From Aquifex aeolicus VF5 (GTDB lineage: Bacteria > Aquificota > Aquificia > Aquificales > Aquificaceae), in NCBI RefSeq assembly GCF_000008625.1, contig NC_001880.1, positions 7,457 through 39,456 on the forward strand: a stretch of 32,000 nt of DNA. The letters run 5' to 3'. Below, piece after piece: positions 15,636 to 23,748 of this stretch. The notes under the pieces were generated by a model. The model was not told where the DNA came from. It made no database searches and saw nothing but the letters and a program-made list of their open reading frames with translations. The position numbers and the translations under genes were made by a program. How positions within the stretch are numbered: the first letter of the stretch is position 1; each line of letters begins with the position of its first letter.

Positions 15636-15831
15636 CTTCACTTCCCTTATTAACAAAGTAAACTCCCAGCAAAAAGAAGGCGAGCCAAAATCCAAAAACA
15701 AGCAATAAGTAAAATAAGTTCGCCTTATGCTTTTGAAATAATGGAGCAACCAAGCCAACTGAAAGGAAAACTGTGGCAACTGTGAGAAAGCGCTTTCCTA
15801 TTTCCTTAAGTGTTTCCCTTTTCAACCTCAA
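15628..15831 (-). CDS. 67 aa two-TM membrane protein (cassette B), paralog of 6904..7107
   Basis: Same length, same TTG start and the same MRLKRETLKE N-terminus. Confidence 0.6.
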   Translation of the reverse strand: MRLKRETLKEIGKRFLTVATVFLSVGLVAPLFQKHKANLFYLLLVFGFWLAFFLLGVYFVNKGSEDG

Positions 15832-15855
15832 AAGATTTCCTCTCCTTCTTTTACT

Positions 15856-15972
15856 TCACTTAGCTTTTGGCTTTTTACCCTCTTCCAAAGTCATCTTAAG
15901 CATCATAACCACTATAAAGAGAAGAATTCCCCATAGGGCGACAGCTCCCAAGAAGGCAATCACATCATACAT
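15856..15972 (-). CDS. 38 aa single-TM peptide (cassette B), paralog of 6768..6884
   Basis: MYDVIAFLGAVALWGILLFIVVMMLKMTLEEGKKPKAK, with AAGGAGG before the ATG. Confidence 0.55.
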   Translation of the reverse strand: MYDVIAFLGAVALWGILLFIVVMMLKMTLEEGKKPKAK

Positions 15973-16000
15973 TTTTCTCCTCCTTGCTCTTTTCTAATCT

Positions 16001-16190
16001 CTAAAGTTCCTCAAGAAGATCAAGTATTTTCCTGTAAGTAACAATCGTAAAAAGGACAAATCCGAGTGTTAGCGATGAGCCCGCAAAAAGCAAGAAAACC
16101 TTTAGCAAGCTATCAAGCTTTAACAACAGCCCTATATTTCCACCGCCGAAAGTTAATGATAGCTTTAAAATTGGTGAAGGAATTCCAAAC
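16001..16190 (-). pseudogene. 5'-truncated paralog of 12840..13109 (cassette B)
   Basis: The reverse complement aligns at DNA level with 6575-6740. It is truncated at the same point (ATTTTAAAGCTATCATTAAC). Confidence 0.55.
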
Positions 16191-16194
16191 TTAC

Positions 16195-16753
16195 GACATA
16201 CAAATTCAAGTTTATATTTCTTTTTGTATCTCCTTCTGAAAGGAATTGTAGTAAATCTATGTGGAAAGTTCTATCCTTTAAAAACTTCATTGGAATGTCT
16301 ATGTCGTGAAGTATAGATCTTATTTTCATTATGTATCCATCAAATTTATATCCGTTGTAGCTAACAATTCTATCAGCTTTTATTATTTCTTCCCAGAATT
16401 TTTGTATGAGGATTTTTCCTTTTCTTCAAGCTCTTCATAAATAAAGTCGGAACTTATCGGTTCAAAGAAAACTTCTACAGTCTTATTCTTACCACATGGG
16501 ATTAGTTTTTTTGTCGTTCTGGTTTGTTTGATCGGAAAGATATACTACTTTTCCTTCTTTTATTATCACTATCTTCTATAAGTACCGTTGAGAAAGATAC
16601 TAAAATAAGCGTGAAGGGATTAAAAGAAAATTCTCGTTCAATATCTTCCTGTGTTTTTTCCCTTTTGCCCCGCTTCTGAATGTATAAATAGTCATCGTAA
16701 GTAATATTCCTTTTATCAGGAACTGTTTCTATATCAAAAACTATAACTTTCAC
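16195..16753 (-). pseudogene. PolB-exonuclease-like 3'-5' exonuclease (COG3298-type), multiply frameshifted and 3'-truncated
   Basis: 16502..16753 starts MKVIVFDIETVP (ExoI DxE motif). Further pieces IVIIKEGKVVYL, ILIQKFWEEIIKADRIVSYNGYKFDGYIMKIRS and FHIDLLQFL lie in other frames. Confidence 0.65.
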
Positions 16754-16790
16754 CTTCTTCCTCCTTCTTTTATTATATTTTTAACCAGTT

Positions 16791-17339
16791 TCAGCGTTTA
16801 CTTATTCTTATAACGGAAAACAGAGAGGTGAAAATATTTCTCTTTTCACTTACCCCTATAGTTTTTAAAAACTCCTCTTTTAGAATGAGATAACTGTCCT
16901 GTAAAAATCCATTATCAAATTCTTCAAGCGGTGTGAGATAACCCGCATCTTTTATCTGGACTTTATAACAAGGGACAAGTTTCTTTTGATCCTGTTTGTG
17001 ATAATAACGGACCTCTTCAAATTTTTCGGGAGAGGTAAGGTAGAGTTTCTTCCATCCTTTGAGCATAGCCCTTTCAAAGTTCCCGTAATAATTTTCGGGA
17101 ACGGGAATTCCCTCGTTAAGTAGAAAGTCTCTTGAAAAGTAAAGAGGATCTTCTTCTTTTAACTCAATCTTTTCAGGATTAACACATTTTAAAAACTTCA
17201 GAAAGAGAGAATTGTTTGCTTTTCCTAAAAGTTTATTTACGCTCTTTTTTGAAGAAATCTGAACCTCAAAAGGCAAGAAACACGCTCTCCTGAAAATCTG
17301 CCTTTCTCCCGTAAGATCAAAAAGATTACTGGTTAACAT
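16791..17339 (-). CDS. Hypothetical protein, last intact gene of the nuclease/ATPase island
   Basis: ORF 16791..17372. The ATG at 17339 follows AGAGGAG and leaves a 14-nt overlap with the ATPase gene. Confidence 0.5.
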   Translation of the reverse strand: MLTSNLFDLTGERQIFRRACFLPFEVQISSKKSVNKLLGKANNSLFLKFLKCVNPEKIELKEEDPLYFSRDFLLNEGIPVPENYYGNFERAMLKGWKKLYLTSPEKFEEVRYYHKQDQKKLVPCYKVQIKDAGYLTPLEEFDNGFLQDSYLILKEEFLKTIGVSEKRNIFTSLFSVIRISKR

Positions 17340-18105
17340 AGCTCCTCTTTTTACTCCCGAGTCTCCACTCAATTCCTTTAGCTTTTAGCTTTGAACCAAG
17401 TGCTCTTTTATCCCTGAGATGTTCTGGTGGAACTTCGTCAATAAGAACAGGCATTCTGTTATCTATGTAAAGAATTGCCTCAAAAGTATTTGCCTTGCTG
17501 TTTCTGGTTTCCTTTAATTTTCCGTAGTAAATTTTTTCTGTCCCCAGAAGTTTTGCTATGAAATTAAGAAGCGTAGTTTTTCCGGCCTTAGGAGTACCTA
17601 TTAAAAGGGAAAATACGGGAAATTTATTTATATCCTTCATTAACTCAGTTGCTTTTTCCCTGACTTCCTTGAGAAATACAGAATAAAAAGAAAATATAAT
17701 AGCCTCTCCGGTTAAAAATCTGTGTTCCTCACTCGTTTCTGTGGAAAGTTCTATATAATCCTTTATCGCAATTACAGTTTTCTTTACAGATTCCTCGGGA
17801 ATAGAAATCTCAACAACGGATTTTCCATTATAAAAAATTTCTCCATCGCAAACCGCTACGTTTACTTTTTCATCTTTATCTTCCCTTTTATTCTTCAAGA
17901 TTTCCTGAATCTTTTGAGGAGATATTAGTATTTCCTTCTTCTTTTCCGCAAGCTTCTGAAACATTTCTGCGCTTTCTTCAACCGCTTTTTTTCTGACAAG
18001 AGACTTCTGAGCTTCGTTAAAAATGGGACTGTTAATCACTTTAGTATAGTAGTAATTGAGAACAACATTTTTTACTTTTTCGTTTTTCTCAAATTCCTTT
18101 ATCAC
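17326..18105 (-). CDS. P-loop NTPase (possibly SF3-helicase-like)
   Basis: Walker A LLIGTPKAGKTTLLNFI and Walker B-like MPVLIDEV. GTG start; the frame stays open upstream to 18333. Confidence 0.6.
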   Translation of the reverse strand: MIKEFEKNEKVKNVVLNYYYTKVINSPIFNEAQKSLVRKKAVEESAEMFQKLAEKKKEILISPQKIQEILKNKREDKDEKVNVAVCDGEIFYNGKSVVEISIPEESVKKTVIAIKDYIELSTETSEEHRFLTGEAIIFSFYSVFLKEVREKATELMKDINKFPVFSLLIGTPKAGKTTLLNFIAKLLGTEKIYYGKLKETRNSKANTFEAILYIDNRMPVLIDEVPPEHLRDKRALGSKLKAKGIEWRLGSKKRSYVNQ

Positions 18106-18284
18106 TTCCCTTACTACTTCCGGTTCCTGAGTTTCTATAAACAGATTTAAGTGTTTTTCAATTTTCTTACTATTTTCAGATGCCTTTTTTCTTAAATCGG
18201 TGGAGCTTATTATTTTCCTTGCCCTACTTTTTACATAATTGTAATACCTTTCACATTCTTCAATTACGTTATCCTTTTCAATTA

Positions 18285-18740
18285 TTACAAAAAAAACTCT
18301 TCCTGAGGTCCCCTCCAGGCTAAAGAGGATAAATTACCACTCCCTGCTACGACAATTTTCCTTTCTTCGGATTCAAGTATGTATAACTTTGTATGACAGT
18401 TTGGAATGTAGTAAACGGAGAAATCTTTAAACATGGCTTGTTTACTTATTTCTTCTCCTTCTTTGAGGAACTTTTCCACTATAACTTCCAGGTTATAAAG
18501 TTCCCTTCCTTGTTCTTCTAACCCTATCAGGATTTCCACTTCCCTGTAATCCTTTAAAAGATCAAGGATACTCTTCAGAGAGGAGAAAGTTATAGCTTTT
18601 ATCCTGTTGAATTGCCTAAGGTATTTCCCTGGAATATCGTACAGGAGTTTAATTTCCTCTTCGCCTATACTAAGAATAGGCTTTTTAGTATCTTTTTCAG
18701 GTTCCTCTGAAAAAAGTTGTTTGTTCATTATACCTCCCAA
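18285..18740 (-). CDS. PLD-superfamily (HKD motif) nuclease domain protein
   Basis: C-terminal CHTKLYILESEERKIVVAGSGNLS matches HxK(x)4[D/E](x)6GSxN, with Glu at the Asp position. Confidence 0.6.
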   Translation of the reverse strand: MGGIMNKQLFSEEPEKDTKKPILSIGEEEIKLLYDIPGKYLRQFNRIKAITFSSLKSILDLLKDYREVEILIGLEEQGRELYNLEVIVEKFLKEGEEISKQAMFKDFSVYYIPNCHTKLYILESEERKIVVAGSGNLSSLAWRGPQEEFFL

Positions 18741-18878
18741 ACTACTTAAAATTTCGCATCAGATAGTGCCTATTTCAAGCTAAGTCCTATCTTTTACTAA
18801 ACTTACTTTTCTAACTTATATAAGTTATATTACTTATAAAACTAAACTTTATTTAAAGAATAAAATTCATTAGCACCC

Positions 18879-19649
18879 TTATACGACTTCTACCAGTAAA
18901 GGAAAAGGTACGCCGGTTCCGCTCACAATACCTTTACCGGTAGGTAGTTTCGGAAGAATGTTCGCTATATCACTTCCAGCAAATTCTACAAAAGTGGAAA
19001 CTGTATCAATGTCAGATGCATTTATAGTTCTAAACATAACCTGAGTGTTTAATTGAGAAAGGATATATTTGCTAACCTGTGCTGGTCTTTGCGTTATTAC
19101 CATAAGTCCTAAATTGAATTTCCTTCCCTCGGATGCTATCTTTCTGGCAAAAGTGAGAGAAAGGTTTTCTTTTCCTGCGGAGACATCCCCGAATCCCTTT
19201 TCTGGAGCAAAATTGTGCGCCTCTTCCAGAACTAAAAATCTTTTGGAAGGTTGTTTCTTATTCCTTGTAAAAAGCTCTTCCATTATCAGTCCTGCTATGT
19301 TTATTCTCGTTTGTGGATGCGTAATATTCCGGAAGTTAAAAATAATTACTCTCTTTTCACTTTCTAGTCCAGAATTTATTGCATCAAATACAGTTGTTTG
19401 GTTAGATAAACTATTTTCACCGTAAGTTTCTTTAAGGTAAGTGGTTATTTCTTGTATTTCCTTAGAACCCGCATTTAAACTTTCTATCAAATTAACAAGT
19501 GTTTTCTTAGATAAAGAAGTAAGTCTAAGAGAGGGTTTTATGTTCTGTGAAAGTTTTGATCTATTTTCCCTGGCCTGGTGTGAATTACCGCTTACCAGTG
19601 AAGGGTATCCTGCTTCTTTTATAAGTTCTTCCACTTCCTCTGGAAACAC
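18879..19649 (-). CDS. herA: HerA/FtsK-superfamily ATPase, C-terminal half (Walker B, arginine finger region)
   Basis: FLVLEEAHNFAP...EGRKFNLGLMVITQRPAQVSKYILSQLNTQVMFR is a typical HerA/DUF87 C-terminal core. In frame with 19686..20498 across one TAG. Confidence 0.75.
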   Translation of the reverse strand: MFPEEVEELIKEAGYPSLVSGNSHQARENRSKLSQNIKPSLRLTSLSKKTLVNLIESLNAGSKEIQEITTYLKETYGENSLSNQTTVFDAINSGLESEKRVIIFNFRNITHPQTRINIAGLIMEELFTRNKKQPSKRFLVLEEAHNFAPEKGFGDVSAGKENLSLTFARKIASEGRKFNLGLMVITQRPAQVSKYILSQLNTQVMFRTINASDIDTVSTFVEFAGSDIANILPKLPTGKGIVSGTGVPFPLLVEVV

Positions 19650-19685
19650 AGGGAAAATTGTATCTTCAAGTTCGATATGTTCTAT

Positions 19686-20498
19686 CTAGTTTTCATCTAT
19701 ATAACTCTTTAAATCGTTGAAGTATTCTCCGTGAGGATCAAGTACATAAACTTCAACTTCTTTATCGGATTCAAGTAAACTGGAAATAAACCTTTTTGTA
19801 AAATAGCTTTTTCCTGAACCGGTAGTACCTAGTACGAGCATGTGTTTACTTATCACCTCGTTTGCATCTACAAACACATCTATGTCAGAATTCTCAATCA
19901 CGCCAACTTTTACAGGAACTTCCATATCTCTCCCGGAAAAATTCTTCTTGAGTATTTTCCCCAGTGTTTTTTCTGATATTTTATAAACAGGTTCTCCTAC
20001 ATGGAAGGGATTTCTTAATATATCTAATTTTCCATCCTTTAGTATACCTATTACGTCCGCGGTTGCTATTTTCAGTTTATTTCCATTATTGTTGAGGTAA
20101 GCGTAAATAGCCGCCTTTTTCCATTCGTCATCTTTTCCTTTAGAAAAAATGGTTTTAAAGTCCTCTACGGGAGCAAAAACACTGGATTCCTGTGAAGTGA
20201 AGGGATTCGCAAAAAATCCCATATCGTAAGCAAAAATACTTGTTATCTTTCCGAGCACAATACCTTCCTGTAATTTCACTTCAACGTAAGAATGTAAACC
20301 TATATCATCATTGCCTACCAGAATAAACTCAAAGGATTGAGGTTTTACAGGATTTACAGTAAATCCTAAAAGATCATCTCCAAAACTTTCGGAATACTCT
20401 TCCTTAATTTTTTCAAAGTATTCACGTAGTTTTTTAATATGTTCATCACTGCCGTCCGATTCGTAATAAACTCCCGCTTCTATATTGCCCGTTGACAT
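19686..20498 (-). CDS. herA: HerA/FtsK-superfamily ATPase, N-terminal half (HAS-barrel region plus Walker A)
   Basis: HMLVLGTTGSGKSYFTKRFI...VYVLDPHGEY. Ends at TAG 19686-19688, which is in frame with the downstream half. Confidence 0.75.
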   Translation of the reverse strand: MSTGNIEAGVYYESDGSDEHIKKLREYFEKIKEEYSESFGDDLLGFTVNPVKPQSFEFILVGNDDIGLHSYVEVKLQEGIVLGKITSIFAYDMGFFANPFTSQESSVFAPVEDFKTIFSKGKDDEWKKAAIYAYLNNNGNKLKIATADVIGILKDGKLDILRNPFHVGEPVYKISEKTLGKILKKNFSGRDMEVPVKVGVIENSDIDVFVDANEVISKHMLVLGTTGSGKSYFTKRFISSLLESDKEVEVYVLDPHGEYFNDLKSYIDEN

Positions 20499-20499
20499 A

Positions 20500-20835
20500 T
20501 CAGATAATCCTGCATCCGGTAAAGTTCGCCGAACCTACGACTGCCCTTTTATTATCAACGATTATGAATTTTGCATGTAGCCTGTTACACAGGTAAATTT
20601 TTCCATTTATATCTTTAATATTTCTAAATACTCTGTCATTAGTTATGAGAAAATCCCTAAGTTCTGATGCTCTCAATATTATTTCAGGAGAAATATTTTT
20701 ACTCTTTGCTATATTCAGGATTTCTTCAAATATACTCCCTTTTATCCATGCGGATGCGATTTTTATGCTTTCCTTAGCTTCTTTTGTTATTTCTAAGATT
20801 TTCTTATATATTTCCTAGCTCGTCAGGATTTCCAT
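20500..20835 (-). pseudogene. Small Nuc-like PLD-family nuclease with in-frame TAG at codon 7
   Basis: GGAGGG, then ATG at 20835, MEILTS, TAG 20815-20817, then EIYKKILEITKEAKESIKIASAWI...NRLHAKFIIVDNKRAVVGSANFTGCRII. This is a perfect HxK(x)4D(x)6GSxN motif. The stop lies 1 nt before the herA ATG. Absent from the ORF track. Confidence 0.7.
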
Positions 20836-20948
20836 ATATTCTCCCTCCACTTCGGCTAATATAATATTTAATCTTATTCAGCATTGTATCAACAGGCTAT
20901 CAATGAAGTAATAAAATCTAAAGGAAATTTTCAGAGAACAAGCAAAAT

Positions 20949-21539
20949 TTATATCTTAAAAAGATAATAGTAATAAGTGAGTTGAAAGTTCTGCACTCCA
21001 TGCCTACTTCTGTAAAGTAATCCATGACAAAGGATACTTAAACTGTTATTTTTGTCATTTTCCATAAATTTGCTGAGTCGTTTAATTGTCTGAGTGTATG
21101 CTGATCTTGAAATGTATAAATTAATTGATAATAAAAATTTGTTTTGGACTTCGTCAAGTTCTCTTAGTTTGCATACATCTTCCCTCAACCACGAAAAATT
21201 ATTATCAATAATAGTTTTCACTTCCATAACTTCAATCACAGTTCCATCGTCTTTTTTTACAAGTGAAAAATCCGGTTGCTTGTTTGATTCTAATTTTGTT
21301 TTTGTCAGAGTTTCAGCTATACCGAGTTCTAAATTATTTGGTAAATTTCTTATATTTCTTATAAATTTTTCTGCCAAATACGTTACCATCGCCTGTTCAA
21401 ATCCGTAATCGTTCTTACGAAAATGTTTCCGATTTTCTTTCATTTTGTACAGATTTATTTGTGCAACTTCATCCAATATATGCTTAAAATAGTCAGGCAG
21501 ATTTTCAAGCGCTTCACAAGTCCAACTATCAAAATACAT
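20949..21539 (-). CDS. Putative PD-(D/E)xK-fold nuclease
   Basis: 196 aa. QPDFSLVKKDDGTVIEVMEVKT fits a D...(E)xK arrangement. By-eye call only. Confidence 0.4.
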   Translation of the reverse strand: MYFDSWTCEALENLPDYFKHILDEVAQINLYKMKENRKHFRKNDYGFEQAMVTYLAEKFIRNIRNLPNNLELGIAETLTKTKLESNKQPDFSLVKKDDGTVIEVMEVKTIIDNNFSWLREDVCKLRELDEVQNKFLLSINLYISRSAYTQTIKRLSKFMENDKNNSLSILCHGLLYRSRHGVQNFQLTYYYYLFKI

Positions 21540-21622
21540 AATTCATATAAAGATTATACGTATGAGCATCAAAAAAATATCGCTTTCAAAAAGCTGAAGC
21601 TGCGAAGGATAGAAACTAAACG

Positions 21623-21862
21623 TTAGATAACATAGTTCTGTAAAGTATTTTTCAATATCGTAAGAACTTTTTTCTCTTCCTTTGAAAGCCCTTCTAAAAA
21701 TTTTTTGCCTTCGAGGAATTCCTTTATAGGAAGAAAGTAAGTTCCATCTCTTCTTTCAATTCTAATTGCTCTAACAGGTTGATCTACGATAGAAATAATT
21801 GAATTTTTTAGCTTAATCTCCTTAAAAAGAAAAGGAGTTATGCATTTTCTACTTGACCTCAT
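21623..21862 (-). CDS. Hypothetical protein downstream of HTH paralog B
   Basis: 79 aa ORF on the same strand, 11 nt after 21874..22092. Confidence 0.4.
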   Translation of the reverse strand: MRSSRKCITPFLFKEIKLKNSIISIVDQPVRAIRIERRDGTYFLPIKEFLEGKKFLEGLSKEEKKVLTILKNTLQNYVI

Positions 21863-21873
21863 AGCTATTAAGT

Positions 21874-22092
21874 TTAGACGGAGAGCTCCTGAACAAGAAA
21901 ATCTACCACTTCCGGTTTGAAGTAGTAGTAATTAACAAGTCCTCTTCTCTTTATCCTTACCAATTCACCGGGAATGAAGCCTCTCTTTACATAACGGATT
22001 AAAGTTCTATCGCTTATCTCTATACCTCTTTCTTTAAGTTCTCTTAGAACCTGCGTACTCGTAAGATATCCCTGAATTCTTATTGCCGGCAT
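21874..22092 (-). CDS. Small excisionase/MerR-like HTH DNA-binding protein, paralog B
   Basis: 72 aa. RGFIPGELVRIKRRGLVNYYYFKPEVVDFLVQELS parallels 613..834. Confidence 0.7.
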   Translation of the reverse strand: MPAIRIQGYLTSTQVLRELKERGIEISDRTLIRYVKRGFIPGELVRIKRRGLVNYYYFKPEVVDFLVQELSV

Positions 22093-22149
22093 TTACATTA
22101 AGATAATAAGCTCTAAAGCCTTCCTTTTCAAGGAAAAAATAGAATTAGA

Positions 22150-22493
22150 GTTCTCCTATATATAGGAGAACTACTTTGAGCTCGCTAAAAATCAAGTCTC
22201 AGACACACCACTTGAACTCCGGAAGTTCTCCTAGCTATAGGAGAACCGCTACTTAACTTATTGATTTTCAAGCACTTTCTGTTTAGTTCTCCTAGAAACA
22301 TTTATATCTTTTTCCATATACAAAAGCTTTTTGTTATTGGAGAAGTAATAAGTTATATAGGAGAACTCTCCTTTCAAGTTTTTGATTTTCAATATAGTTC
22401 TCCTATATATAGGAGAACTTTTGTGATTTTTTCTATTCTGTAATGCCCGATTTTTAGTTTGGTCATAAGTGGTTCTCCTAGAACTAGGAGAAC
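22150..22493. repeat. Palindrome (iteron/operator) array, family 2: GTTCTCCTA-N4-TAGGAGAAC
   Basis: 22-bp palindromes at 22150-22171, 22225-22246, 22397-22418 and 22472-22493. A split palindrome has half-sites at 22286-22295 and 22358-22366. Confidence 0.9.
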
Positions 22494-22552
22494 CGACAAA
22501 GCAAAAAAATAGATAAAATCGAGGAATGCGACACTAAAATAGTTTTTAGGAC

Positions 22553-23509
22553 ATGCTTGAAGTTGAAAAAAAGATAAAACAAAAGCTGGGGATAGATGAA
22601 ACAGAGGTCCTGAGCTCCCTAACGAGCTACCGGAAAAAAGGCAAAACCTACTATAAAATTGTAACATACGATTCAAAAACGAAACAATCTAGGAGATACC
22701 ATGTGCCCAGAATGTTCGAAGAGGAGATTTTAGCTCTCTGGAAGCAGCGGCAGAAGTACATTGAAGAAGAAAGGGAACTTGAAAGGGAAGTAAAAAGCCT
22801 CTTAAAAAAATACGGGGATGCAGAAAAGATAAAGGAAATTCTGGAAAAAGTAGCAGGAGAAAGTTTTGATAAAGCTGTTTCCTCTTACGCAATTAAGACT
22901 TACACGAATAAGGCAAAGGAACTCTTTAAGAGTTTTAAAGAAGACCTTATAAAGCTTTACAGGGAGGGAGTTTTAAAAAGGCTTTCAGTTTTGCAGGTCC
23001 TTTACCTTCTTGCAAATTTGAAGGAGATTTCCGAAGATACGGAAAGAGGAAGTTACTTTTTCAAGAAAGGACTGAACACGATAATAAAAGTAGCAAAAAA
23101 CGAACGTATCCCAAATCCTTTCGGAACACTTAAAAACGACTTTTTCCTTTCGGGAAAGCAGACCCCTTATGACTTTCTCCTTTCGAATTTTCTTGAAGAG
23201 CTTATAGGAGAAACTCTAGGAGAACTCCTTGAAAAGGAAATTGAGAAATTAGTAGCGGAAGAAAAAGCAAAAGAAATCGAGGGAAAAGTAAAGAAGTTAA
23301 AGGAAATTGTTTCATGGTTTGAAACCCTTCCCTACGAAATAAAACAGATTGCAAAAGAAGTAATTTCTGACAATGTTCTGGATATTGCAGAAAAGTTCTA
23401 CAAGGATATGAAAGAATGCAATTACTCTCTTGATGAAGCAAAAGCATTTTTAACAAGTTCTCCTAGAGATAACCTGGTGAATTACATGCAATACCTTAAG
23501 TCTATATGA
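22553..23509 (+). CDS. 318 aa charged, helical protein, paralog B; candidate replication or iteron-associated protein
   Basis: Same length and shared motifs with 1329..2285. Confidence 0.75.
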   Translation: MLEVEKKIKQKLGIDETEVLSSLTSYRKKGKTYYKIVTYDSKTKQSRRYHVPRMFEEEILALWKQRQKYIEEERELEREVKSLLKKYGDAEKIKEILEKVAGESFDKAVSSYAIKTYTNKAKELFKSFKEDLIKLYREGVLKRLSVLQVLYLLANLKEISEDTERGSYFFKKGLNTIIKVAKNERIPNPFGTLKNDFFLSGKQTPYDFLLSNFLEELIGETLGELLEKEIEKLVAEEKAKEIEGKVKKLKEIVSWFETLPYEIKQIAKEVISDNVLDIAEKFYKDMKECNYSLDEAKAFLTSSPRDNLVNYMQYLKSI

Positions 23510-23514
23510 AAGTC

Positions 23515-23718
23515 TTACGCATTCTCTGAGAGTATTTCCGTTATAAGATCCTTCAACGTTTTCCCTTCCTTTAATGCCCTCATTTTAAGAGAAAACCACA
23601 CATCATAAGGAAGCTCTATCAGAAGTTTCTTAACCTGTGGTTTTTCTTCCCCTTCTTTTATCTTTGCAGAAGCTATAAATTCCTCGGGTTTTTTTGAAGG
23701 TTTCTTCGGTATAGCCAT
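23515..23718 (-). CDS. Small RHH centromere-binding partition protein (ParG-like)
   Basis: 67 aa directly downstream of parA. KKLLIELPYDVWFSLKMRALKEGKTLKDLITEIL fits an RHH with a basic flexible N-terminus. Confidence 0.6.
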   Translation of the reverse strand: MAIPKKPSKKPEEFIASAKIKEGEEKPQVKKLLIELPYDVWFSLKMRALKEGKTLKDLITEILSENA

Positions 23719-23748
23719 TATGTAACCTCCTTTATTTAAATTACTAAG

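Noticed and set aside
19069-19689. Plus-strand ORFs 19069..19425 and 19441..19689 opposite herA
   Set aside because: They are antisense shadow ORFs with Ser/Phe/Leu/Cys-rich composition. The opposite strand has unmistakable HerA motifs.
22261-22676. ORFs 22261..22443 (+) and 22389..22676 (-) across the family-2 palindrome array
   Set aside because: They span the iteron region and the start of the 318 aa gene. Module 1 has no equivalent ORFs at the same position.
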